The notes below the pieces were generated by a model. That model saw only the letters and a list, made by a program, of their open reading frames with translations, did not search any database and was not told the DNA's origin. DNA of 64,000 nt from Dehalococcoidia bacterium (GTDB taxonomy: Bacteria; Chloroflexota; Dehalococcoidia; Plut-88900). Of the stretch, positions 9,732-19,645 are shown one piece after another. A program made the translations under genes and the position numbers. Positions within the stretch are counted from its first letter, which is position 1; each line of letters opens with the position of its first letter. The DNA lies in contig CBDBLV010000005.1 in the NCBI GenBank assembly GCA_965207225.1, positions 1,888,001 to 1,952,000 on the forward strand, read 5' to 3'.

Positions 9732-10460
9732 TTGTTCGATCTGCACAGCCATATTCTGCCGGGTCTCGATGATGGGGCCAAGACCCTGGAGGAGTCCATG
9801 GCGATGCTGCGTGTGGCGGCGGCGGACGGAACCAGGGGGATGGCGGCGACGCCCCATGCGAAGGACGTGCGGGAAGCCTACGCGCTGCCAAAGGTCTCCG
9901 AGCACGTGGACACGCTGAACCGGCTGGTGAGGGACGATGGGATTGACATAAGGGTATTTATCGGGATGGAGAACCACCTTTCGGAAGACCTGGCTGAGCT
10001 AGCGGCTTCGGGGGAGGCCTTTTCCTATAACGGTGGTCTCTACATCCTGGTTGAGCTCCCGTTTGACTTGCTTCCCGACTATACAAACGAGGTGCTGGCT
10101 CGACTCCAGGGGCAGGGGCTTACGCCGGTGATAGCGCACCCGGAACGGCAGGCGGACATCATGAAGAATCCTTCAATCATGGGGGAGTTCGCCGAGCGGG
10201 GGATGCTGGGGCAGGTGACGTCGACGTGCATACTGGGGAGGTTCGGAGATGAGGAGCGGGACGTGGCTGAGACTCTATTGAGAAATGGCTGGGTGCATTT
10301 AATCAGCACGGATTGTCACAGGCCCACGGGGCCGCGGGCGCCGAAGCTGGCGGAGGCGGTGACGGAGGCTGGGAGGATTGTCGGGCAGGGGAAGGCGCGA
10401 GCCATGGCGGTGGACGTACCCGAGGCCATACTGTCGGGGAAGCCGTTAAGAGATCTTTGA
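9732..10460 (+). CDS. PHP-family CpsB/CapC-type protein-tyrosine phosphatase
   Basis: DLHSHILPGLDDG, ATPH, AHPER, STDCH; TTG start at 9732. Confidence 0.9.
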   Translation: MFDLHSHILPGLDDGAKTLEESMAMLRVAAADGTRGMAATPHAKDVREAYALPKVSEHVDTLNRLVRDDGIDIRVFIGMENHLSEDLAELAASGEAFSYNGGLYILVELPFDLLPDYTNEVLARLQGQGLTPVIAHPERQADIMKNPSIMGEFAERGMLGQVTSTCILGRFGDEERDVAETLLRNGWVHLISTDCHRPTGPRAPKLAEAVTEAGRIVGQGKARAMAVDVPEAILSGKPLRDL

Positions 10461-10484
10461 GTAACTCTGAGTCGGGGGAAGGGG

Positions 10485-10590
10485 ACACCCCACCCATTCC
10501 GCTCTTGAGACCCTTCGACTCCGCTCAGGGCGAGCGGAATGCCCCACCCGCGAAGGATGGAGTCCCGATCGGGATCGGGAATGGCGGTTA
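10485..10590. repeat. REP-like palindromes between convergent genes
   Basis: CCGCTC..CCCTTCGACTCCGCTCAGGGCGAGCGG and GGAGTCCCGATCGGGATCGGGAATG; same families as at 8594 and 8690. Confidence 0.6.
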
Positions 10591-10610
10591 TGCAAAGATC
10601 TCGCTAAGTC

Positions 10611-11744
10611 TTAGTTGAAGCCGAAGAGTCCTGCGACGTTTTCGCAGACGATTTTGCGCTGCTCATCCTGGGGGACATCTGCGAGGATCTCTGCGAGGAC
10701 TTCACGGGACTTGGGCCAGGTGGACTCGGCGTGGGGATAGTCGGAGCCCCAGGTGAGGCACTGTACGCCGATGAGGTCTCTTAGCTGGATTCCGATGTCG
10801 TCCTGCTGGAAGCTCATGGTGACGTTGCTGTGGAAGAAGTCACTGGGCATGGCGTCGCCCTGGAAGCGGTAAGGCGCCGTCTGGCTTAGTTCGGAGTAGA
10901 GCCAGTCCATTGTCCTCAGGAAGTAGGGCGCCCAGGCGAGCTCATGCTCGACGATGGCGACGTTCAGGTCCGGGTGCCTTTCGAAGACTCCCGAAAATAT
11001 CATGGAGGCTACTGACTTCCTGACCCAGTGGTCCTGGTTGACGCTGAATGCAGCGGCGCCTTCCTCGTCGCCGTTGACGGTGAATACGCTAACCTGCCCG
11101 GGGCCCGGCCTGTTGGAGGCGATGTGCATGCTGAGGACGATGCCGAGGGACTCGGCGGTGGTCCAGAAGGGTTCGTAAATGGGAAGCTCGTATTGCTTGT
11201 CGTCGCCGGGATAGGTGGTAATCATGGCGCCACGGAAGCCCATGCTGGCGCACCTCTCCAGCTCTCGGACGCCCTCTTCCACATCGTCCAAGGAGATGAG
11301 GGCGTTGCCTTTGAAGAGGCCGGGGTTGGCGGAGCAGAAATCGGCGAGCCAGTCGTTGCTGGCGCGGAAGGAGGCGGCAAGGAGGTCAGGTTGGAGGATG
11401 GTGTAGAGCCGGGCGCCGATGGTGGGGTATATGACCTCGCCGTCGACACCGTCGACTTCCAGGTCGTCCATACGGGGGGCGGGGTCAAAGGCGCCGGGTC
11501 GGACGTCTTCGAGGGCACCTTCGAAGGTGATGGCCTCGGGGTCTTCGTAGCGCTGGCCGGCCTGGGAGGGTGCGCCGACGGAGCCGAGGGGCTGGTCCCC
11601 TTCGACGAGCCAGCGGGCCATGCCATCGTCGTCGATGACCATGTGGGGGGCTCGATCCCTGTAGGCGGGATCGATGCGGGAGGTCCAGAGGTCGGGAGGT
11701 TCTACGATGTGGGAGTCGGAGGATATGACTTCCAGGTTAGGCAT
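10611..11744 (-). CDS. Amidohydrolase_2 family protein
   Basis: SSDSHIVEPPDLW, SMH, SGVFERHP, WGSDYPH. Confidence 0.9.
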   Translation of the reverse strand: MPNLEVISSDSHIVEPPDLWTSRIDPAYRDRAPHMVIDDDGMARWLVEGDQPLGSVGAPSQAGQRYEDPEAITFEGALEDVRPGAFDPAPRMDDLEVDGVDGEVIYPTIGARLYTILQPDLLAASFRASNDWLADFCSANPGLFKGNALISLDDVEEGVRELERCASMGFRGAMITTYPGDDKQYELPIYEPFWTTAESLGIVLSMHIASNRPGPGQVSVFTVNGDEEGAAAFSVNQDHWVRKSVASMIFSGVFERHPDLNVAIVEHELAWAPYFLRTMDWLYSELSQTAPYRFQGDAMPSDFFHSNVTMSFQQDDIGIQLRDLIGVQCLTWGSDYPHAESTWPKSREVLAEILADVPQDEQRKIVCENVAGLFGFN

Positions 11745-11907
11745 GGGTTTCACCCCCTTTGCAGCAAGATAACGAAAGGTCACGTAAAGTAAATGGTAGG
11801 AAAGTGTTAAAGCGAATGTCAATGACTACGCGAGGGCAATCGTTGACACGCCGTTTCGAGCAAACCTATGATTTCGGTCAGTCCAAGATGACCCCGGAGG
11901 CAAAACG

Positions 11908-12963
11908 ATGTCACCTTCAGAGAACGCAGGGAGAGTCCAGTCGGTACTGGGCGACATATCGCCGGATGAACTGGGCGTAACGCTCACGCATGAGCACATA
12001 TTCATTCACTTCAAGCCGCTTTACCAGGAGCCGGGGGAGGGGAGCCGGAAGGGTGTGGCAATGAACCCGGTAACTATCGACGACCTGGGATGGATCCGGG
12101 GCAACTGGGCGATGAACTATGCAAACCTCGGGCTGTATGACGAGGAGCTTATGATCAAGGAGGTGACCCGATTCTACCGGGCGGGGGGTCAGAGCCTCGT
12201 GGACGCGACGAATCGGGGAATCGGGAGGGACCCGCTGGCGCTGGCGCGGGTGTCCCGGGCGACGGGGCTGAACATAGTCATGGGGTCGGGGTACTACATA
12301 GAGCCGTTCCAGCCGGAGGGATGGACCGACATCGATGAGGAGCAGATGTTTGAGGAGATAGTGGAGGACGTAACGGAGGGTGTGGGGGACACGGGGGTGA
12401 AGTCGGGGATCATTGGGGAAATTGGGTGTTCATGGCCGTGGACGGAGACGGAAAAGAGGTCGGTGAGGGCCGGGGCACGGGCGCAGGTGAAGACGGGCGC
12501 GCCGTTGCTGATACATCCCGGGCGTCATCCGTCGGCGCCGATGGAGATTGTGCGGGGCATAGATGCGGCGGGTGGGGATGTGTCAAGGACGATCATGAGC
12601 CACGTTTGCCGGACGATATCCGACTACCCGACCTTGAAGGAGCTGGCAGACACGGGGTGTTACATCGAATACGACCTGTTCGGGGCTGAGCAGGCCTTCT
12701 ATCCGCTGGCGCCTTCATTCACTATGCCGAACGACGGGACTCGGGTGGACAACATCATCCGACTTATAGAGGATGGACACCTGAACCAGGTAGTCGTGGC
12801 GCACGATACGGCGTGGAAGACGAGGCTGCACAGCTACGGGGGGCACGGTTACGCGCACCTGCTGGAAAACGTGGTGCCGATTATGCGGGGCAAGGGGATG
12901 AGTCGGGGGCAGATAGACGCGATATTCGTGGAGAACCCGAAGCGTGTGCTGCAGTTCGTCTAG
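11908..12963 (+). CDS. Phosphotriesterase-related protein (PTER-like)
   Basis: THEH, GIIGEIGCSWP, IHPGR, MSH, YDLFG, AHD, YGGHGY. Confidence 0.9.
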   Translation: MSPSENAGRVQSVLGDISPDELGVTLTHEHIFIHFKPLYQEPGEGSRKGVAMNPVTIDDLGWIRGNWAMNYANLGLYDEELMIKEVTRFYRAGGQSLVDATNRGIGRDPLALARVSRATGLNIVMGSGYYIEPFQPEGWTDIDEEQMFEEIVEDVTEGVGDTGVKSGIIGEIGCSWPWTETEKRSVRAGARAQVKTGAPLLIHPGRHPSAPMEIVRGIDAAGGDVSRTIMSHVCRTISDYPTLKELADTGCYIEYDLFGAEQAFYPLAPSFTMPNDGTRVDNIIRLIEDGHLNQVVVAHDTAWKTRLHSYGGHGYAHLLENVVPIMRGKGMSRGQIDAIFVENPKRVLQFV

Positions 12964-15383
12964 GGACTAGAGGGATCTCCGCAGACGACTATTTTGCGGG
13001 CGGTGAAGTCCTCGATTTGCTCCGAGGTGTAGCCTAGCTCGGTGAGGACGCTGGCCGTCTGCTCTCCGACTACTGTGATGGGGCCCAGGTTGGTGTCTGG
13101 GGTCTCGGAGAAGTTAATCATGGGGCCGTAGCGCTGGTATTTGCCGAGGACGGGATGCTCCTGATCGACTATCAAGCCGGCTTCCTTCATACGGGGATCT
13201 GTGTTGACGAATTCGCTGAAGTCGTCGGGGTAGACGGTAACGCAGGCGACGCCCTTGGGAACCAGGAGGTCCTGCCATTCGGAGGCGGGTCGAGTCTTGA
13301 ATACAGGTCCAAGGGCAGCTATGAGGGCTTCGTCGTTTTCGAGGCGGGAGTGGGGGGTGGAGAATCGGGGGTCTTCAAGCAAGTCTTCTCGGGTGAGGGA
13401 GAGGCAGAGGGTTGCCCATTCCTCCTGGGTATCGCAGGCGAGGAAGATCCAGCCATCTTCGGACCGGTACATTCGGTAGAGGGCATGGATGCCGAAGAGG
13501 TCGGGGTCCGGGAGCCGGCGGGAGGGTTTGCCGGGGAACTGGACGTAGTCGTCCGAATTGACGAAGAGACCAGTGCTGACCATGGTAGGCTCGACGTATT
13601 GCCCCTTGCCGGTCTTCTTCTTGACGTAGAGGGCCATGAGCAGGGAAACGGCGACGACCATGGAGGCGCTGACATCAGGGTTGGCTTCGTTGGAGACTGA
13701 GAGGGACTTGGCTATTCGGCGGGTCTCCTGGTAGGAGAGGTCGGAGTCGGGGGGAGGGGGGGTACCGAGCCCCGCCTGGTAGAGGGCACCACCCGCCACG
13801 GCCCCGGGAATGGGGTGCATGACCGAGCGGTGGGAGTAGGGTCCTTTAGAGCCGTAGCCCGCTCCGTACAGGTAGACAAGGCCGGGGTTGATCTTGCTGA
13901 GGGTGTGGTAATCGATGCCGAGGCGATCGGGGACGCCGGGGCGGTAGTTGTGGACGACGGCATCGGCGCGTTCGATGAGGCGGTAAATGATGTTGCGGCC
14001 CTCTTCGGTTTTCAGGTCAACGGCGACGGACTCCTTGCTTTGATGGGTTCTCAGCCCCATCAATCCGAATCCGCGCCAGGGTTCGCCGCCGAGGGGTTCG
14101 ACCTTGATAACGCGCAAGCCCAGGTCGGCGAGGATGGAGGGGCCGAGAGGGGTGGCAATCCAGGAAGCGAAATCGATGATGGTGAGACCTTCCAGGGGTT
14201 TTCGGGGGTGAGTTCCGTTAGGTGTAATGGAAGCAGATCGGTGGCCGTTACGGGAGAGGTCGAGAATCTCGTTGGTGTGCTGGCCGGGGGTGGGGGCGGG
14301 GCGGGTGATGGAGACCGGGGTTTGGGTGAAGGTCGCAATGCGACTTGGCTGTTTGATGAGGCGTCCATCGGGGGTTTCAACGGTCATGGTATGGGCGTTG
14401 GCAATAACCTGAACATGGCCGAAGGCTTCATGTGTTTGTCGGAAAGGCTCGGATGCGGCATCTACATCGGTCATGAATGTGTGGGTCCATTCGTCCAGCG
14501 TGCGTTCCTCCATCCGTTTGAACATACGCTGGTATAGCTCCTCTTCAACCTCCCTTGAGTCGGTATTGGGGAAATGGGAGAAGCGAGAGTCGGCGAGGTA
14601 GTCGCCCAGTCCTATACCGATAACCCAGTTGTAGAAGAGGTGCTCCATGGCGTTGGCCATCTGGAGCCAATGGCCATCACCGGTGGGACAGACGAAATAC
14701 TGGGGAGTGGGTTCGGTATCGGTATAGCCGAGCTGTGGGTTGAGGCCTCTGTGTTCCAGCTGCCACATAAGCCAGTACCAGTCATAGGCGATGAGGGACT
14801 GGAGCAGGCTAGTCTCGACTTTCTGGCCCCGACCCGTTTGCTCCCGGACCAGGAGACCGGAGAGGATACCCTGGAGGGCGAGCATGCCAGCGCCGAAGCT
14901 GGCGACGGGAAGGGCCCCGAACTTTGGCCCCTCGCGGTCAAGCTGCTTGCGGAAAACGTAAAAGCGGCCGGTGTGGGCGGCTACTACGGCATCATAGCCC
15001 TTGACGCCTTCGAGGCCCTTTAGCGGGCCGAAACCGGAGACGGCGCAGTAGACGAGACCGGGACTGACTTCTTTTAGAGTTTCATAGTCCGCGCCGAGGC
15101 GCTTGTCGGCGCCGGGCATGAGGGTGTGGAGGAGCACATCGCTCCTGGCGGCGAGACGTTTGAGGGTGTCCCTGCCGTCGGGGGTTTTGAGGTCGAGGAA
15201 GGCGCTCTTCTTGCCGCGGTGCCAGAGTGGGGATGCGTAGTGCTGCCAGGTGGGGTCGCCGCCGGGGGCCTCTATTTTGATGACTTCGGCACCGGCGTCG
15301 GCGAGGAGTAGGGTGGCAAGGGCGCCGGTCCAGGTGCGGCTGAGGTCGAGGACTCGGAGGCCGGAGCAGATTTCGGAAGTCAT
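12960..15383 (-). CDS. Tandem (two-domain) family III CoA-transferase, CaiB/BaiF-like
   Basis: Two repeats of LxG.xVxD...LAD.G..VIKxE...K.S..xDLKT.xG. Confidence 0.9.
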   Translation of the reverse strand: MTSEICSGLRVLDLSRTWTGALATLLLADAGAEVIKIEAPGGDPTWQHYASPLWHRGKKSAFLDLKTPDGRDTLKRLAARSDVLLHTLMPGADKRLGADYETLKEVSPGLVYCAVSGFGPLKGLEGVKGYDAVVAAHTGRFYVFRKQLDREGPKFGALPVASFGAGMLALQGILSGLLVREQTGRGQKVETSLLQSLIAYDWYWLMWQLEHRGLNPQLGYTDTEPTPQYFVCPTGDGHWLQMANAMEHLFYNWVIGIGLGDYLADSRFSHFPNTDSREVEEELYQRMFKRMEERTLDEWTHTFMTDVDAASEPFRQTHEAFGHVQVIANAHTMTVETPDGRLIKQPSRIATFTQTPVSITRPAPTPGQHTNEILDLSRNGHRSASITPNGTHPRKPLEGLTIIDFASWIATPLGPSILADLGLRVIKVEPLGGEPWRGFGLMGLRTHQSKESVAVDLKTEEGRNIIYRLIERADAVVHNYRPGVPDRLGIDYHTLSKINPGLVYLYGAGYGSKGPYSHRSVMHPIPGAVAGGALYQAGLGTPPPPDSDLSYQETRRIAKSLSVSNEANPDVSASMVVAVSLLMALYVKKKTGKGQYVEPTMVSTGLFVNSDDYVQFPGKPSRRLPDPDLFGIHALYRMYRSEDGWIFLACDTQEEWATLCLSLTREDLLEDPRFSTPHSRLENDEALIAALGPVFKTRPASEWQDLLVPKGVACVTVYPDDFSEFVNTDPRMKEAGLIVDQEHPVLGKYQRYGPMINFSETPDTNLGPITVVGEQTASVLTELGYTSEQIEDFTARKIVVCGDPSSP

Positions 15384-15414
15384 GGGTGGATGACTCTATC
15401 GAAAGCCGGTAGCG

Positions 15415-16548
15415 CTAGTTAAATCCGTATAGCCGGGCGGCGTTGGAATAGCCGATTTTCTCTTTTTCTTCGTCGGTGCAGTCGGAGAGGATGTCGTTGA
15501 GGACCTGTCGTGAGCGGGGCCAAGTGGACTCCCGGTGGGGATAGTCGGAGCCGAACATGATGTTGTCCACGCCAATCACGTCCCGCAGGGCGATGCCAAG
15601 GCCGTCTTCCTGGAAGGAAACGAACATGTTGTCGTGGAAGACGTCGCTGGGGAGCCGGCCATTCTTGAAGGTGATCTCGGTGACGTAGCGGTGCTTTTCG
15701 TAAGCCATGTCCATCATCATGATGAAGTAAGGGGCCCAGGAGAGCTCGTACTCGACGACGCCGACCTTCAGCCTTGGGTGGCGTTCGAAGACGCCTCCGA
15801 ACATCATCTGGGCGATGGACCTGCGGGGCCAGTAGTCCTGGGTGGCCCGGAAGGCGGCGGTGCCGGCGACTGAGGCGTTGTTGGCGAAGGAGCCGATGCG
15901 CGCAGGCCCCGGGCGTGCGGAGCCGGAGTGGATGCCCACTGGGAGGCCGGCGTCTTCAAAGGCGGCCCAGATGGGGTCGAATTCGGGTTGATCGTAGTGT
16001 TCGTCCTCGGACTGGTAGGCGGGTATAACGAAACCGGAGAGGCCAAGTTTGGCGCAGCGCTGGACCTCCTCGACTGCTTCGGGGATGTTGTCAAAGCTGA
16101 TGACGGCTGTGCCCTTGAGCTTGTCGGGGTGGGCGGCGCCGAAGTCGGCGGACCAGTCGTTGAGGGCCCGGAAGCAGGCAGAGAGGAGGTCTCCACGGAC
16201 ATCAACGGTGAAGAGACGGGTACCGATGGTGGAGTAAACGACCTCACCGACAACGCCATCGACTTCCATGGCCTTGAGGCGTTCGTCGGGGTCGTAAGCA
16301 GCGAGGGGGGACTCTTCGTAGGAGCCTTCGATGGAGAGATTGTCGAGGTCGGTGTAGCGGCGTCCGGCCTGGGTAGGGCCTCCGACGGAGCCGATGAGGA
16401 TATCGTCGCCGACAACCCAGTTATCCACGTTGCCGTTCTTGACGACGCGAGGGGCCTTGTCCCGGAAGCGGGGGTGGGTGCGGGTCTGCCAGAGGTCGGG
16501 GGGTTCTACGACGTGGGAGTCGGCGGAGATGAGCTGTTCAAGGGCCAC
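15415..16548 (-). CDS. Amidohydrolase_2 family protein
   Basis: ISADSHVVEPPDLW, GGVFERHP, FGSDYPH; paralog of 10611-11744. Confidence 0.9.
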   Translation of the reverse strand: MALEQLISADSHVVEPPDLWQTRTHPRFRDKAPRVVKNGNVDNWVVGDDILIGSVGGPTQAGRRYTDLDNLSIEGSYEESPLAAYDPDERLKAMEVDGVVGEVVYSTIGTRLFTVDVRGDLLSACFRALNDWSADFGAAHPDKLKGTAVISFDNIPEAVEEVQRCAKLGLSGFVIPAYQSEDEHYDQPEFDPIWAAFEDAGLPVGIHSGSARPGPARIGSFANNASVAGTAAFRATQDYWPRRSIAQMMFGGVFERHPRLKVGVVEYELSWAPYFIMMMDMAYEKHRYVTEITFKNGRLPSDVFHDNMFVSFQEDGLGIALRDVIGVDNIMFGSDYPHRESTWPRSRQVLNDILSDCTDEEKEKIGYSNAARLYGFN

Positions 16549-16670
16549 GGGCGGACCTTCCTCTCTAAGCAGGTGCCGAGGGCGTCGATTAGGCGGATAT
16601 TACCATACTGGGACAGTAGCGTAACTGTAGAGCCATGTCTTTCGGTCACACGTCTCAGTCCTGCGCCACC

Positions 16671-16709
16671 CCCCGCTCATACTTCGAGGGCCTCAGCACG
16701 AGCGGCCCC
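16671..16709. repeat. REP-like element
   Basis: CCCCGCTCATACTTCGAGGGCCTCAGCACGAGCGG, near-copy of the element at 8594. Confidence 0.6.
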
Positions 16710-16773
16710 ACCACCCGATGGGCAAATTGTGCCAAAGTCTCATAACTGGTGACCGCGATTCCAAATCGGGAGA

Positions 16774-17769
16774 CTAGCCGGAGCGGCGTTTGTGGGCGAG
16801 GGCGGCGATCGCTTCGACGACGACCCGGTGGGCGTGCTCGGCGGTGACGGCGCCGGGGCCGTCGTAGGGAGGGGAGACCTCGACGACATCCATGGCTACG
16901 AGGTTGACCCGTGAGACGATATTGCGGACGGCACGGAGGAGTTGGCTGGGGCTCATGCCGCCGGGCTCGGGGGTGCCGGTGCCGGGGGCGAAGCCCGGGT
17001 CAAGGACATCGATATCGACGGAGAGGTAGATCAACTCGGGGCCGTCCAGGGCCTCGTTGATTGCCTCGTCCATGACTACGTCGAAGCCACGCTCATCTAG
17101 CTCGGTCATCAGATGCCACCTCATGCCCTGCTCCTCCATCCAATGCCAGACCTCGGCAGGGGGCCAGTAGCCGCGGAGGCCGATCTGGACGAAGTTCTTC
17201 GCAGGAACGGCACCGCTTTCGATGAGACGTCGCATGGGGCTGCCATGGGCGATGAGGCTGCCACCAAAGCTGTCGGGGGCAGTGTCGGCGTGGGAGTCGA
17301 AGTGGATGATGCCGACCTTGCCCCGGCCCCAGGCGTCGGCGACGGCGGTGGCGGCTGGGAGAGTAATGGAATGGTCTCCGCCGAGGACGATCGGGAGGGT
17401 TTTGGCGGCGAGGACGTCGGCGACTTTACGGTTTATGGCCGCGTGGGCGAGTTCCAGGGAGTGGGGTGAGCAGTTGGCGTCGCCGAAGTCGACGACCTTG
17501 AGGACAGCGAAGGGCTGCACCTTGAGGGAGACGTGGTACATGGGCTCGACGGGGCTTCCACCGACGTAGCCCGCGGCCTGACGGATGGCCCGGGGTCCGA
17601 AGCGGGTGCCGGGCCTGATGGTGGTGCCCATGTCGAAGGGGGCGCCCATGATGGCGACGTCGGGGGAGAGGCGCTTCAGTTCCTCGGGGTCGGTGACATA
17701 AGGGAGTTTGAGGAAGGAGGGTAGGCCGACAAATAAGGGTTCTGCCTCGGGAGGGGGTTGGGTAGTCAT
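16774..17769 (-). CDS. Agmatinase/guanidino-acid hydrolase (ureohydrolase family)
   Basis: RPGTRFGP, GGDHS, HFDSHAD, DIDVLD, APGTGTPE. Confidence 0.9.
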   Translation of the reverse strand: MTTQPPPEAEPLFVGLPSFLKLPYVTDPEELKRLSPDVAIMGAPFDMGTTIRPGTRFGPRAIRQAAGYVGGSPVEPMYHVSLKVQPFAVLKVVDFGDANCSPHSLELAHAAINRKVADVLAAKTLPIVLGGDHSITLPAATAVADAWGRGKVGIIHFDSHADTAPDSFGGSLIAHGSPMRRLIESGAVPAKNFVQIGLRGYWPPAEVWHWMEEQGMRWHLMTELDERGFDVVMDEAINEALDGPELIYLSVDIDVLDPGFAPGTGTPEPGGMSPSQLLRAVRNIVSRVNLVAMDVVEVSPPYDGPGAVTAEHAHRVVVEAIAALAHKRRSG

Positions 17770-17850
17770 ATATTCATTCCAAGAGGAAACATGGTACTGT
17801 TCTCACGGTGCATGACAAATTGTGCGCATAGCTCAATGTAACATCAAGAC

Positions 17851-19380
17851 CTAGAGCATCTCCCTGACCATTTGCCTGGCATGGACCATGTCTGCAGCCA
17901 GCCTATCATCCGATATATCGGCAAAACCTGACAACATGGCAGATGCCTCACCCCGTACCCCGGCGATGATTGCCGGCTTCCCGGCAACCATCTGTCCAAT
18001 AAGTGTCCCAGCGGTATCATCCACATAAGTAGTCTTGCTGAAGTCGAAGATAACGGCCTCGCTGACCTTGATGTCTCTTCTTAGAATTCGCTCCATCGAC
18101 CGGGCGGAGGCCACAGACACCCTGTCCGGCAGGATTACCAGAGCGACTCGGGAAGAGAAGGCGTCGGCGTCGGGCCAAATGATGATGTCAAGCAACGGAA
18201 CGGATATGAGACGATCCAGTTCCTGCCGTTCAGACCGGGCGGCGCCCACCAAAGCTGCCACCACCAGGCCTATCAAGATAGCAGTGACGAAGTCGACCAG
18301 CACCGCGAAGGCCACGGTAGTGAGCATTACGAATGCGTAGCCGAGAGGCATTCGCCGCAGCCTCCGCAGATATCGCCAGTCAATGATGCGGTAACCATTA
18401 ACCATGATGATGCCGGCGAGGGCGGCCAACGGAATGTGAATGGCCTGGAGGACCAAGAGGGACAACACCAAGAGAGAGGCGGCAGTAATGCCAGCAATCA
18501 TGGTCCTGCCTCCGGCATGGGCATTTATGAGGCTGGTTGAGCTGACGCCACCCGGGGTACCGCCGATCAGCCCGGCGGCGACGTTGCCGAGTCCTTGCGC
18601 CATCAATTCCCGGTTGGGCCTGTGCACTCCGCCGGTAATCGTATCCGTCTGCAAGGCCGTCAAGAGCGTCGTGGCGGCGGAGAGTAGCGCCATGGTGAAA
18701 GCAGGCGTAATGACTGCCGCATCGAACACCGGCAGGGTCAGGTCAGGCAAACCTCGGGGGATATCCCCGATTACAGGGGCGTTCTTCAGCCAGAGTATGC
18801 CCGCCAGGCTTCCGGCGACCAGGGCGGCGAATTGGGATGGGGCATATTTAGATAGCTTACGGGGCCAAAGAAACCCAACGGCTATGGTAATGATGGCGAT
18901 TGCGAGGGCCTCATAGTTCACGGAGGCGCCAAGCCACTCCCCGGCATTGCCGACGATGCCGCCCGGAGCCGTAGGCAGCCCCAAGGCAGGCAAGACCTGC
19001 GTTGCGATGAGAAGGATGCCAGCGGCGGTAAAGAACCCCGAAAGAAGGGAATGGGGAATATAGGTAATGAACCGCCCGAGGCGCAATACGCCGAAGGCCA
19101 CCAGGAACAAGCCTGCCAACAGGGCGGCGGTGAACGCGCCCTCCAACCCGTAATCGGCGACTACCGGGCCCATGACCACAGCGACAAACACGTTGGGGCC
19201 CGATATAAAGGCCCTGGTGCCCCCGGTTACGGCTGCCAGAAAACCAATGGCGATGGCGCCATAGAGACCCGAGGCAGGTCCGACTCCGGCAATGATGCCG
19301 TAGGCCATGGCGGTGGGAATCAGAATCACGCCGACTACAACGCCCGAAAGCAGGTCAGTTGTTATAACCTTCAGATTCAT
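17851..19380 (-). CDS. SulP-family anion transporter with STAS domain
   Basis: DLLSG..V....IP.AMAYG, GLY, ISGP, NRELMAQG; C-terminal STAS (DFSKTTYVD). Confidence 0.9.
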   Translation of the reverse strand: MNLKVITTDLLSGVVVGVILIPTAMAYGIIAGVGPASGLYGAIAIGFLAAVTGGTRAFISGPNVFVAVVMGPVVADYGLEGAFTAALLAGLFLVAFGVLRLGRFITYIPHSLLSGFFTAAGILLIATQVLPALGLPTAPGGIVGNAGEWLGASVNYEALAIAIITIAVGFLWPRKLSKYAPSQFAALVAGSLAGILWLKNAPVIGDIPRGLPDLTLPVFDAAVITPAFTMALLSAATTLLTALQTDTITGGVHRPNRELMAQGLGNVAAGLIGGTPGGVSSTSLINAHAGGRTMIAGITAASLLVLSLLVLQAIHIPLAALAGIIMVNGYRIIDWRYLRRLRRMPLGYAFVMLTTVAFAVLVDFVTAILIGLVVAALVGAARSERQELDRLISVPLLDIIIWPDADAFSSRVALVILPDRVSVASARSMERILRRDIKVSEAVIFDFSKTTYVDDTAGTLIGQMVAGKPAIIAGVRGEASAMLSGFADISDDRLAADMVHARQMVREML

Positions 19381-19645
19381 GGGTGCGGATGTTAGGGAGG
19401 CCTAAAGTCACAAAAGCAATTCGGATGCGCCTTAGCTCCCACTCAGGTTGGCGCTTGAAAGTGCCTACACAGGGATTATCGATTTGGACACAGGTGGCAG
19501 CATTCCAAGCTCTATTGAATAGATCTCAGAATGACTTTGTCATTCTATGGGAACCGGACTGAAACCCACAAGAATGGGTTCTGTTGACCGTACGGCTGGG
19601 TGGGGTATAAATTAGCGTTGTTCTCAGCAACCGGAGGTATACATA

